The translations under genes and the position numbers were made by a program. Positions 41,008 to 50,065 of a stretch of 64,000 nucleotides of DNA are shown here, in pieces; positions within the stretch are counted from its first letter, which is position 1; the number at the start of each line of letters is the position of its first letter. The stretch lies in the NCBI GenBank assembly GCA_965116685.1, contig OZ220707.1, forward strand, positions 851,655 through 915,654, read 5' to 3'. The notes beneath the pieces are model-generated. The model was not told where the DNA came from, ran no database searches, and worked only from the letters and a program-made list of their open reading frames with translations. Origin of the DNA: Rhodothermales bacterium. Lineage in GTDB: Bacteria > Bacteroidota > Rhodothermia > Rhodothermales > Bin80.

Positions 41008-41411
41008 GATCCCGTAGCTCAGTTGGAAGAGCATCTGACTTTAAGTCATGGAGCCTCTTGCAGGAAACTGCATGAGTGGAGGCTGCTGTATGCTGGGACG
41101 CCCTAAAGTCGTCGCTACGTCGTCACACGTAAAAATGCGACGGATAGATGGGTAATCAGCAGGCAACCTTGAATTGGGCAATCCAGTCCGTTCCCTTAAC
41201 CGTGCCGGGTTATTGGAAATCATTCTGGGCCCTTTTCCGCATGGTGCGGATTCAAGAGAGCCCTCAGAGGCCATACGCAGCCCACCCTACCCCATCAAAT
41301 TGGAAGGGTGAAGAGATGGTCCAGACCACAACATGAATCCAAATGGCCGGTGAAAGCCGGTGTGGTAGGTTAATCAGAGGGTCCCAGGTTCGAGCCCTGG
41401 CGGGATCACCA
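41008..41411 (+). tRNA. tRNA-Lys(UUU) gene interrupted in the anticodon loop by a 328-nt insert (exons 41008-41041 and 41370-41411, including encoded CCA)
   Basis: The acceptor GAUCCCG/CGGGAUC, D arm GCUC-AGUUGGAA-GAGC, anticodon stem UCUGA/UCAGA, T arm CCAGG-UUCGAGC-CCUGG and A73 all pair perfectly once 41042-41369 is removed. The joined loop reads CUUUUAA. Confidence 0.8.
41042..41369 (+). ncRNA. Putative group I intron in the tRNA-Lys anticodon loop (between positions 34 and 35)
   Basis: The 5' exon ends in U and the insert ends in G. GNRA-capped hairpins lie at 41059-41072 and 41347-41360. Pseudoknot-compatible pairings are GGAUUCA (41248-54) with UGAAUCC (41334-40), and ACCAC (41325-29) with GUGGU (41362-66). 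Q-like AAUCAGCAGG and R-like UCCAGACCACA elements are present. Confidence 0.55.
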
Positions 41412-41414
41412 TCA

Positions 41415-41501
41415 GCCCGGGTGGCGGAATAGGTAGACGCGCTGTCTTGAGGGGGCAGTGCCCTTATGGGCGTGCTGGTTCGATTCCAGTCCCGGGCACC
41501 A
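41415..41501 (+). tRNA. tRNA-Leu(GAG), class II with a long variable arm, CCA encoded
   Basis: Acceptor GCCCGGG/CCCGGGC, anticodon stem CUGUC/GGCAG with loop UUGAGGG, long variable arm, T loop UUCGAUU. Confidence 0.9.
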
Positions 41502-41646
41502 TTTCTTCGTCTTTCCGCAGATAGTGCGTAGAGACTGATTTGCCAACCCGTTGTGATCATATACAGAGCTTTTTCTCAATTGGATTCTCAGTTCAACGGA
41601 TCAATGTGCGGGAGCTGTACTCGACCTATTATTCCCATCTGTTATC

Positions 41647-42036
41647 ATGGAGGATCGCGTCGATAATCCCCCTTTTGTTCCAGAGTATAGCAAACCGGAA
41701 TCTCCCGGAATCTGGATGAACCTTGATAACACGGTATCAATCTATATGATTGTAACCCAGGAGATGGATTTCCCCGAAGCCGCGCAGACAGCATTCCAGA
41801 TTGTCAAAGATGCCCAGGATCGATTCCCTGACTGGCCGCGCAGTTTCTACCTTGATATAGAGGGAAACAAAGTGGCCGATATGCCTCATGAAGACAAGTG
41901 GATTGAATTCCAGCAAGAATTCTGGTTTTCCACGCTTGCACATTTTCTAACAAGTTTTGATCTTCCGCTGACCGGTCCACTACTCAACCCCAATCCGCAA
42001 CGAAACGATCTACCTGACTCGCTGGGCATCAGATAA
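41647..42036 (+). CDS. Hypothetical protein
   Basis: 129-aa ORF in an otherwise empty interval. No motif recognised. Confidence 0.45.
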   Translation: MEDRVDNPPFVPEYSKPESPGIWMNLDNTVSIYMIVTQEMDFPEAAQTAFQIVKDAQDRFPDWPRSFYLDIEGNKVADMPHEDKWIEFQQEFWFSTLAHFLTSFDLPLTGPLLNPNPQRNDLPDSLGIR

Positions 42037-42199
42037 TGGCCTTCAGCGGTGCAGAAAACAGACTTGATATTGGTGAATAGATGTCCTGCATTGTATCTTG
42101 TGGGAACGATGAAAGCTTAGACTGATCTATGTGTGCAGCGGTTTGTATTTTGGATGGTGCCTTGGTATTTTTGCTCCTATAACACAGTTATTCTAACAA

Positions 42200-43471
42200 T
42201 TGCGCATGCTGCGAATCACCTTTACTATTTTGGCCATCGTGGCGTCGACCATTACGCTCAGTATCAACTCAATGGAGATGAATGAGTGGTGGAAATACGT
42301 CCCAATGGCAGGCCTCATTCTGATCTCGCTGATCCTGTGGATTGCTGTCCCTTCTCCAAAACGTAGCCGTAAGCCAAAAACCTCAGATTCAGACCTTCAG
42401 GCATTAAATGAAGAAGAGTCATTAGCTGATTTAGGGATCTTGGATATTCGCCCAATAGGCTCGGACAACTCTTCTGCAGACTTGGAAGAATTGTCTTCTG
42501 ACCAGAAAACTCAGGACACAGCTACAGATGCAGATGCACCCGAGGTGGTTCAACTGAGCCTACTAACAGAAACTCCCCAACAGAATCTTGGAGATACACT
42601 CCTTCCATACGTGCCCAACAACCCACTTGATAAACATATCCTAACTCCAATCCTGCAAGGATTCCGTGCCATACTTGACGCTCATTCCGTCGGAGTTATT
42701 CGCCCGATCTCGGACGACTACGAGTACGAAGTTTGCGGTACAGCAGGCTTCGACTGGATACGTGCCCGAGGAGAATCGTTTGTTCTGAAGTATGACCTTC
42801 TGAACGAATCCGAAACCGCGGCAATTCATTCTGTTGGTTCCAAAGGTCTGCAGTCGAATCACCTGACCTACAGCAGGAAGCCGGCCAGTATTACTTACAT
42901 CGGAATTACTCCCATTGGACAAACTGACAAGCTGCTGCTTGTAGATACCATAAATAAAAATGGGCTATCTCATCCCCGTGCCAAGAAGTTACTCAGAAAT
43001 TTCGGACAGACGCTCGCGCTACTGCTCTACAGGGAAGACCCAAATCGCCCTCGGCATGAGATTGTTTACGAAGAAATGGTCATGGCAAAAGCTGAAAACA
43101 GAGATCTTGTATTCGCCCTAGTGGTTCCTCAGAGGTCAGAGACACTCACCAAAATGTATGGGGATTTTCTTGATGATATCGAAAAAACATTCTCAGATTG
43201 CTTACTTCGTGCAGATCCAAAGAGCCGTGTGGTCAAATTTGGTGAACTCCTGTACGGCGTCTTTCAGAATTGCCAAAAAGATGGACTTGAAGTCTGGCAC
43301 CACACGGTTCAAAGCGAGATTGCAAATCAGGGGGGATTACTCACTGGAGGGGCATTCATTGGGGCGGTGGTCATGACCAATGAGCATCAAACTGCTGACC
43401 ACCTGCGTGATGATGCCAAACGTGCCTTGATCAAGGCCTATGAGGGCCCGGCCGAAACGGTGATTCTTTAG
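42200..43471 (+). CDS. Hypothetical membrane-anchored protein (two N-terminal TM helices, acidic linker, globular C-terminal region)
   Basis: 423-aa ORF. VVKFGELLYGVF may be a degenerate GGDEF-like segment, but this is very tentative. Confidence 0.5.
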   Translation: MRMLRITFTILAIVASTITLSINSMEMNEWWKYVPMAGLILISLILWIAVPSPKRSRKPKTSDSDLQALNEEESLADLGILDIRPIGSDNSSADLEELSSDQKTQDTATDADAPEVVQLSLLTETPQQNLGDTLLPYVPNNPLDKHILTPILQGFRAILDAHSVGVIRPISDDYEYEVCGTAGFDWIRARGESFVLKYDLLNESETAAIHSVGSKGLQSNHLTYSRKPASITYIGITPIGQTDKLLLVDTINKNGLSHPRAKKLLRNFGQTLALLLYREDPNRPRHEIVYEEMVMAKAENRDLVFALVVPQRSETLTKMYGDFLDDIEKTFSDCLLRADPKSRVVKFGELLYGVFQNCQKDGLEVWHHTVQSEIANQGGLLTGGAFIGAVVMTNEHQTADHLRDDAKRALIKAYEGPAETVIL

Positions 43472-44156
43472 CGCTTACCAGTGGGACAAATAAAAAATCT
43501 CCGCGCTTACTTGATTCATACGAATTTTTGCCGGTTCGAATCACTTTCGTCATAAGTTGTCGGTTCTCATCTCCCACCGGCACGACCAGACGCCCACCAC
43601 GTCTTTGTTCATTCGGTTCCCGGAGTTGCTCAAGGAGCCTTTGGGGAATTTCGAGTGCTCCTGCAGTTACGATAATCCCATCGAATGGAGCGATACCCGG
43701 CCATCCCTGGGTCCCATCTCCAACGCGCAGTAACGCTCGATAATTGAGTTTGCTCAGAGCTGATTTTGCCCGCTCATGCAATCTTCGATGCCGCTCAACT
43801 GAGTAGACCCGGACCCCCATTTCACAGAGTATAGCCGCTTGATACCCACTACCGGTACCAATCTCCAGCACCTTATCACCCGGTTCCGTATCCAGTAGCA
43901 TAGTCTGAAATGCTACCGTAGTTGGCTGGGAAATCGTCTGTCGCATACCGATCGGCAGTGCTAGATCTTCATAGGCCCGATGCTGCAAGGCTGGCTCAAT
44001 AAATTGTTCTCGCTTGACCCGCCCAATCGCAGCTAGAGTACGCTCGTCTGTCACACCATTTTCTTTGACCGTTTCGACCAACTCTGCTCTCCTTCGAATA
44101 TAAACCCCGCCTGATTTCGCCATACTAAAACTATTTTTCTGTTTGACCCAGCCCAC
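43431..44156 (-). CDS. pcm: Protein-L-isoaspartate O-methyltransferase
   Basis: Motifs QTISQPTTVA and VLEIGTGSGYQAAIL. An alternative start at 44123 would avoid the overlap with cdaA. Confidence 0.9.
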   Translation of the reverse strand: MGWVKQKNSFSMAKSGGVYIRRRAELVETVKENGVTDERTLAAIGRVKREQFIEPALQHRAYEDLALPIGMRQTISQPTTVAFQTMLLDTEPGDKVLEIGTGSGYQAAILCEMGVRVYSVERHRRLHERAKSALSKLNYRALLRVGDGTQGWPGIAPFDGIIVTAGALEIPQRLLEQLREPNEQRRGGRLVVPVGDENRQLMTKVIRTGKNSYESSKRGDFLFVPLVSAKESPFRPGPHRP

Positions 44157-44925
44157 CTGAGGATATCCGTGTACTCAAAGCTTCAAATAATTGACTTCTT
44201 AGCTCTTCTGCCGTAAGTCCGGAAATCATTACACCTTGCTCTGCAACAGAGATTTTCCCGGTTTCCTCGGATACGACCACTACAAATGCGTCTGTTTCTT
44301 CTGTCAGCCCAACGGCCGCCCTGTGTCTTGTTCCAAATTGCACCCCCAAGCGCTTACTGCGAGAAACGGGTAAGATACAACGCGCTGCCTCAATACGGTT
44401 ATCCGAAATAATGACTGCTCCATCATGCAGTGGGCTACTCGTGTGAAAGATGGAAACCAAGAGGTTTCTGCTGATTCCCGCCTGTAAAGATTCTCCTGTT
44501 TCCTCATAACTTCGGAGCCCACTGGTGCGCTTGAATGCAATCAACGCCCCCAATCTCTGCTGGCTCAGCGTGCTGGTCGCGGCAACGATTTCGGTGACCA
44601 CCTCCTCTTTACCCACGGGTGTAAAGAGGCGCCGCAAGAGCGGGGTCTGTCCTAAAAAAATCAGTACTCGCCGAATCTCTGGTTGAAATACAATGATCGC
44701 TGCCAATACATAAATGTCGTTGAGAGCCGAAAACATGGATTGTAACACCTTCATGTCCGTCACTTCGACCAGAAACTGGATAAACAGAAGGCCCAGTAAC
44801 CCCCCAAACAATGAAACCGCCAGCGTGCCACGCATGGTTATGTAGAGCCGGTAGAACACAAGAGCTACCAACAGGATCTCGAACAGATCAATCAGCCGCA
44901 CCGGGATGATGCCAAAAAGGTTCAT
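44131..44925 (-). CDS. cdaA: Diadenylate cyclase CdaA (three TM helices plus DAC domain)
   Basis: DAC motifs GALIAF, PLHDGAVII, GTRHRAA and VVVVSEETGKISVA. Confidence 0.9.
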   Translation of the reverse strand: MNLFGIIPVRLIDLFEILLVALVFYRLYITMRGTLAVSLFGGLLGLLFIQFLVEVTDMKVLQSMFSALNDIYVLAAIIVFQPEIRRVLIFLGQTPLLRRLFTPVGKEEVVTEIVAATSTLSQQRLGALIAFKRTSGLRSYEETGESLQAGISRNLLVSIFHTSSPLHDGAVIISDNRIEAARCILPVSRSKRLGVQFGTRHRAAVGLTEETDAFVVVVSEETGKISVAEQGVMISGLTAEELRSQLFEALSTRISSGGLGQTEK

Positions 44926-45842
44926 GATGAGACGTGTAAAACTGCTTCCAGGCCTTGAATCATTTCACGGGTTTCACGAACATCATGAGTTCGGATAATC
45001 TTTGCCCCCTGAAGTACCGCCGCAGCCGCCATTCCAAGTGATCCGAATAAGCGATCATGGACTGGTACCGGTGCCGCATTATCACTTAGGACCTGGCCAA
45101 CTGTGCTCTTGCGAGATATCCCTACCAATACAGGATACCGCAATTCCGTGAGTAAATCAAGTCGCTTGATCAAGCGCAAGTTATCCCTGTGCCGTTTACC
45201 AAACCCAAACCCGGGATCTATCACAATGCTCTCTACACCCACCTCCCGGGCCCGCTCTGCCGACTCTGCCAAGCTTTCATACACTGCAACAGCTACATCC
45301 TTATAGTCAACCGCATGAACTAAACTGCCTTCATGACGAACCGAATGCATGATCACGTATGCCGCCCCCACCTCCGCCGCATACTCCGCCGAGGTGGATC
45401 CATTCTGCAGACCAGATACATCATTAATCATGTGTGCTCCGGCATCAAGCGCCCTCAACGCAACGGGAGGGCTAAATGTATCTGCGGAAATAATCGCCTC
45501 AGGAAATGACTGCCGGATTGCTTTGATCACAGGGACAATACGCTTGGTCTCACATTCATCTGAAACCCGCTCTGCACCTGCCCCATAGACACTTCCACGC
45601 GGACGCGACGAGGCACCTCCAACATCAATAATCGCTGCTCCTTCCTCAAGCATGACTTCCGCGCGGCTTAGCGCTTCAGATGTGCTGATATATTTACCAC
45701 CATCATAAAAAGAGTCCGGGGTTACATTCAAAATCCCCATGATCACAGCACCGTTGGTGCAATCAAGCCACTGATCTCGGCAGATCAAACCGGAAGGTTT
45801 ATCGTTTGCGGAGCGATCTGTGATATTATGCGGATCCTGCAT
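44922..45842 (-). CDS. folP: Dihydropteroate synthase
   Basis: GILNVTPDSFYDGG, IIDVGGASSRPG-like and DPGFGFGK motifs. 4-nt overlap with cdaA. Confidence 0.9.
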   Translation of the reverse strand: MQDPHNITDRSANDKPSGLICRDQWLDCTNGAVIMGILNVTPDSFYDGGKYISTSEALSRAEVMLEEGAAIIDVGGASSRPRGSVYGAGAERVSDECETKRIVPVIKAIRQSFPEAIISADTFSPPVALRALDAGAHMINDVSGLQNGSTSAEYAAEVGAAYVIMHSVRHEGSLVHAVDYKDVAVAVYESLAESAERAREVGVESIVIDPGFGFGKRHRDNLRLIKRLDLLTELRYPVLVGISRKSTVGQVLSDNAAPVPVHDRLFGSLGMAAAAVLQGAKIIRTHDVRETREMIQGLEAVLHVSS

Positions 45843-45954
45843 CTTCCTATATGTGTTTAACGGCGCGAATCAATTATAAACGTGCGTGGCGGGGGGCCGG
45901 CATAACTATTCAGATCAACCTTACTTACTGTCTGTTGCGATCTCCGTCTAAACT

Positions 45955-47469
45955 ATGAATCAACGCGCACCTGCCAAAATACAAGCCAGGCTGTTGCGGC
46001 GCTTACTGCGTCGCGCTTCAAACACCGAGTGGGGGCATAGGTTTGAGTTTTCACGAATTGCCCGAGAGTCGGATGTCGCGAAAGCGTACCAGGCCCGCGT
46101 ACCCATTCACACCTATGATGACCTTCAACCGTTTGTGGATCAAGTGCGGGCGGGTGCAGAGGATCTGTTTTGGCCAGGCGGGATTAAACATTTTGCCGTC
46201 TCAAGCGGAACTGCTTCAAAAGGAAAAGTAATTCCTCTCAGTGAGGATATGCTCCGGTTGAATCGCAGTTTTGCCGTAACGCTTACCTTGCAGTATTTGA
46301 TGCGCTCAATGTCCATCAAAACGCTTCTTGGTAGGCATCTGACCCTTCCCGGAACCATTGAAGGCGATCCCAATTTCCCCAGCACTCTCATTGGAGAGGT
46401 TAGTGGATTGCAAACTCTTTTTGCTCCTAAAATCTTCAGGCGTTTCCTGCAGGCGGTTCCATCTTCGATTGCCTTCGCTCCCGACTGGGATGAAAAGTTA
46501 CGCTCTGTTGTTGACCAGACTATGAACCAGGATATTCGCCTGGTAGCGATGGCTCCGACATGGGCCTTGGTGGTTTTTGGGCTACTAATTGAGCGGTACA
46601 ATGAAGTGAATGGAACCAGTGTGAAGACCGTTGGAGAGGTGTGGCCCAACCTGCAATTATATATTTCAGGAGGGGTTGCCCTGAGCTCCTATCGATCCAT
46701 TCTTGAAGAACAAATTGGATTACCCAATATAGATTTTCTGGAAGTCTACGGCGCTTCAGAGGGGTTTTTCTCCTATCAAACCAACTTAAGCGACCCCGCC
46801 ATGCATCTGCATCTGAATAATGGCGTCTTCTACGAGTTTGTGCCGCTGGAGGAACTCACATCAGAAAATCCAAGTAGATTGACCCTCGAGCATGTAGAAA
46901 CCGGGATAAGATATGCTCCAATTCTCACCACATGCAGTGGACTCTGGTCTTATGTATTAGGCGATGTAATTCGTTTTACCAATACCTCTCCGCACAAGAT
47001 TGTGGTTGCCGGCAGGACATCGGAGATGATTGACAAGTATGGGGAAGCCGTTTTTGGTGAGGATGCCCGTGAAGCGATCAACAGAACCTGTGACGTTACA
47101 GGTAGCCTTGTTCGGGAATACCACGTTTCTGCCATCCCCCCAAATAGTATGAAGACTCCGACCCATGAATGGCTACTTGAGTTTAGCCGAATCCCCCAGG
47201 ACTGCGAGGCATTTACCCGATCACTGGATTTTGCACTTTGTGATATTAACCGCCATTATCAAATTCGCCGTGAAGCAAAAGCCTTCCGGCCACCCGAGAT
47301 TGTACTTGTCCCGGACGGGACCTTCAACGCATGGCTGAAAACTAGCAAGGGACAGATTCGTAGCCAGACGAAGGTCCCTAGAATGAGTGACCAGCGCAAT
47401 ATCGCAGATGGCATTCTAGCACATGCCGGACAGGACGCTCGTCGAATTCGTGTGGATGAATTCATGTAG
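45955..47469 (+). CDS. GH3 (auxin-responsive promoter) family adenylate-forming protein
   Basis: 504 aa with the GH3-type motif FAVSSGTASKGKVIPL and the overall family layout common in FCB genomes. Confidence 0.75.
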   Translation: MNQRAPAKIQARLLRRLLRRASNTEWGHRFEFSRIARESDVAKAYQARVPIHTYDDLQPFVDQVRAGAEDLFWPGGIKHFAVSSGTASKGKVIPLSEDMLRLNRSFAVTLTLQYLMRSMSIKTLLGRHLTLPGTIEGDPNFPSTLIGEVSGLQTLFAPKIFRRFLQAVPSSIAFAPDWDEKLRSVVDQTMNQDIRLVAMAPTWALVVFGLLIERYNEVNGTSVKTVGEVWPNLQLYISGGVALSSYRSILEEQIGLPNIDFLEVYGASEGFFSYQTNLSDPAMHLHLNNGVFYEFVPLEELTSENPSRLTLEHVETGIRYAPILTTCSGLWSYVLGDVIRFTNTSPHKIVVAGRTSEMIDKYGEAVFGEDAREAINRTCDVTGSLVREYHVSAIPPNSMKTPTHEWLLEFSRIPQDCEAFTRSLDFALCDINRHYQIRREAKAFRPPEIVLVPDGTFNAWLKTSKGQIRSQTKVPRMSDQRNIADGILAHAGQDARRIRVDEFM

Positions 47470-47529
47470 GGCTTGGGGACTTGAGTTTTTCCTAGACCCT
47501 ACCTGCACAAAAATCCTTCGCCCTCCATC

Positions 47530-48330
47530 CTATCCCTGAACTGCGATGCTGGGGATCGCCCAATAATCCAAGTGGGACAGGGTTTCTTCCACGAGACACG
47601 CCGGGCCCCCGAGCATCGGCAACGGTGCCGACCGCCCATCCAGAAGAGCGGAGAGGTCACACTCTGTTCCATCCAGATAGCGTAGAACCCCGCCATTGGC
47701 CGACAACATTGCATAGCCCGGAGTCAGATCCCAGACTTTGTCGTGGCCGATCAGGACTACATGAGCACCCCCCGTTGCTACCAGGCTCAGATGCGCCGAT
47801 GCCGTTCCCAAGGATAGAACACGGCCCGGAAACGAATCCCGAAGTGTATATCGCTGATGGGGGCGTGCATGGGTCAGTAAAATGGTGTTTGTGTGCAAGG
47901 AACGATCCGTCGTCAGTAACCTGCGCTGAGAATTCCTCCATACATGTGTTCCGGTTGAGTAAAACAGATCCCTGGTTGCAGGAAGATAGATGAACCCTGC
48001 AACCGGCTCGTTTTCTTCGATCAATCCAACAGCGATCCCCCAACTTGCCATTCCCGCCATGAACGGAATGGTGCCGTCAATCGGATCAATCGTCCAGTAG
48101 CGTGAACCCTGCCGCGGACTCCGTAACATCTCATCTTCTTCTGCGATGACTCCATCCTGGGGAAACTGACGCATAATCGCAGCGACCAGATATTCCTGAA
48201 CAGCTTTATCTGCGGCAGTAACCGGTGAACCATCCCGCTTGATCTCATGAGTTGTGCAAAGAAAATGGCTCATTGCACGACGCCCAGCTTCCTCTAATAA
48301 CGGACGGAAAAAAAATTCCAGTGACTCCAT
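47530..48330 (-). CDS. Inositol monophosphatase family protein
   Basis: Motifs AEED, WTIDPIDGT and a WDxxxG-like segment (VWDLTPG). Confidence 0.85.
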   Translation of the reverse strand: MESLEFFFRPLLEEAGRRAMSHFLCTTHEIKRDGSPVTAADKAVQEYLVAAIMRQFPQDGVIAEEDEMLRSPRQGSRYWTIDPIDGTIPFMAGMASWGIAVGLIEENEPVAGFIYLPATRDLFYSTGTHVWRNSQRRLLTTDRSLHTNTILLTHARPHQRYTLRDSFPGRVLSLGTASAHLSLVATGGAHVVLIGHDKVWDLTPGYAMLSANGGVLRYLDGTECDLSALLDGRSAPLPMLGGPACLVEETLSHLDYWAIPSIAVQG

Positions 48331-48432
48331 GAGACTGAACGGTTGGATTGATCGTCAACATGTACCAATGCAGGTTGTTTAACGCATGACCAGTACATGT
48401 TACCATATTCCTCGATCTAAAACAAATTTATT

Positions 48433-49152
48433 ATGTGCTTACGAATTCACCTATGCAGTGGTCCCCGGAATGTCTCTACAGCACTCATGTATTCATTCGC
48501 CCAGCGCCCGGATACATATGTGATTGACGAGCCACTCTACGCCCATTACCTTCGACATACGGATGCATCGCATCCCGGTCGAGATGAAATCCTGGCCACA
48601 ATGGAGCATTCCGGAGAAAAGGTCGTCCAGGAGGTCCTCATGGGGCCATGCAATCATCCTGTACTCTTCGTCAAAAATATGGGACATCATCTGATTGATC
48701 TAGACTGGGCATTCCTGGATCAGATGACCACGGTGATCCTAATTCGTGACCCCGAACAGATGCTTCCTTCACTCATCAATCAGGTTCCACGACCCGAACT
48801 CGCGGATACAGCATTAGCCATGCAGCGAAAAGTTTTCGACTATCTAACCCACCGTGGACAATCTCCTTGTGTCCTTGATGCACGCGAAGTCTTAATCGAC
48901 CCTGAAAAAATCCTTCGCAATCTGTGTGCAGAACTTGGAATCAGTTTTGATCCAGTCATGCTCCACTGGGAAGCAAAGCCTATCCCGGAGGATGGGGTCT
49001 GGGCCCCGTACTGGTATCATGTGCTCCACAAATCCACCGGCTTTGCACCCTACACGCATAAGTCGGCCCCCTTCCCCGATTTTCTGCGTCCATTACTCAA
49101 TGAGTGTATTCCCTATTATAATTACCTATATCACCACGCCCTAAAAGCCTAA
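48433..49152 (+). CDS. Uncharacterised sulfotransferase-like (P-loop) protein
   Basis: The N-terminal GPRNVSTALMYSF pattern recurs next to class IV aminotransferases. The family assignment is from memory only. Confidence 0.45.
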   Translation: MCLRIHLCSGPRNVSTALMYSFAQRPDTYVIDEPLYAHYLRHTDASHPGRDEILATMEHSGEKVVQEVLMGPCNHPVLFVKNMGHHLIDLDWAFLDQMTTVILIRDPEQMLPSLINQVPRPELADTALAMQRKVFDYLTHRGQSPCVLDAREVLIDPEKILRNLCAELGISFDPVMLHWEAKPIPEDGVWAPYWYHVLHKSTGFAPYTHKSAPFPDFLRPLLNECIPYYNYLYHHALKA

Positions 49153-49159
49153 ACCAGTC

Positions 49160-50065
49160 ATGCATATCTCAATACCCGACGAGCGTAACGATACCATCAT
49201 GGTATGGATCAAGGATCGCCTGGTGCCCCGATCCAAGGCAAAGGTTTCTGTATTCGACAGCGTCGTCCAAGGCGGGGATGCGGTCTGGGAGGGCCTGCGT
49301 ATCTATGATGGACGCGTCTTTGAGTTAGATGCGCACATGGCCCGACTCATGCAATCTGCACATGCCATGGGATTTGTAGACCTCCCCACACATGAATTTG
49401 TCCGTGATGCCCTCTTTGCCACCTTGAAAGCCAACGGGATGCGTGACGATACCCATGTACGACTGACCTTGACCCGAGGAAAAAAAACCACATCCGGGAT
49501 GGATCCCCGCCTCAATGTATACGGCCCTACGCTCATTGTCCTGGCGGAGTGGAAAAAACCGGTTTATGCAGAAAGCGGTATCCGCCTGATCACCTCTTCC
49601 ATCCGCCGTAATACTCCACAGTGTCTGGACTCCAAAATTCACCACAATAACCTCATCAACAACATCCTTGCGAAAATCCAGGCAAACTTGGCCGGGGTGG
49701 ATGATGCAGTCATGCTGGACATCCACGGATACCTCTCTGAGACCAATGCAACCAACATTTTTCTCGTAAGGAACGGCCAGATTCTGACCCCCTGGCCGGA
49801 CAGTTGCCTACCCGGAATTACACGTGCAAAGGTTCTCGGAATATCCCGGGACCTGAATATTTCCTGTCATGAGGTGAATCTTTCGATCACCGATATGTAT
49901 ACAGCAGACGAGATGTTTACCACTGGCACGATGGGGGAATTGACTCCTGTCCTCGAAGTAGATGGACGAATCATTGGTAGCGGCAAGCCGGGCCCTCTCA
50001 CGTTGCAACTGCGTGATGCCTATTGGGAAAAAACCAGATTCGAGGGAACTCCCCTGCCATTTTAA
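49160..50065 (+). CDS. Aminotransferase class IV (branched-chain/D-amino-acid aminotransferase family)
   Basis: Fold-type IV PLP motifs: ETNATNIF, LPGITR and the catalytic Lys region SKIHHNNL. Confidence 0.8.
   Translation: MHISIPDERNDTIMVWIKDRLVPRSKAKVSVFDSVVQGGDAVWEGLRIYDGRVFELDAHMARLMQSAHAMGFVDLPTHEFVRDALFATLKANGMRDDTHVRLTLTRGKKTTSGMDPRLNVYGPTLIVLAEWKKPVYAESGIRLITSSIRRNTPQCLDSKIHHNNLINNILAKIQANLAGVDDAVMLDIHGYLSETNATNIFLVRNGQILTPWPDSCLPGITRAKVLGISRDLNISCHEVNLSITDMYTADEMFTTGTMGELTPVLEVDGRIIGSGKPGPLTLQLRDAYWEKTRFEGTPLPF

Noticed and set aside
41034-41050. The unspliced gene read as a tRNA with a UUA anticodon (ochre suppressor).
   Set aside because: The 3' strand of the anticodon stem (UCAGA), the variable loop and the T arm are 330 nt away. 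No cloverleaf forms without removing the insert.
41041-41336. ORFs 41041..41274 (-) and 41148..41336 (+) inside the tRNA insert as possible homing endonucleases.
   Set aside because: No LAGLIDADG, GIY-YIG, HNH or His-Cys box motifs are present. They are short and overlap strongly paired RNA segments.
41040-41370. An alternative splice register giving tRNA-Asn(GUU): 5' exon ending at U41040 and intron ending at G41368.
   Set aside because: This also obeys the U...G rule and cannot be excluded from sequence alone. It is less likely because the discriminator is A73 (Lys-like; bacterial Asn uses G73) and the stem UGACUU/AAUCA is typical of Lys.
42200-43471. Possible degenerate GGDEF or GAF signalling protein near cdaA.
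   Set aside because: Only a weak resemblance was seen (VVKFGELLYGVF versus RxGGDEF). I kept it as a hypothetical membrane protein.
47462-47512. A candidate bidirectional terminator hairpin (GTAGGG...CCCTAC) between the convergent GH3-family and IMPase-family genes.
   Set aside because: The stem is only 6 bp with a ~27-nt loop and no U-tract, so it is not convincing.
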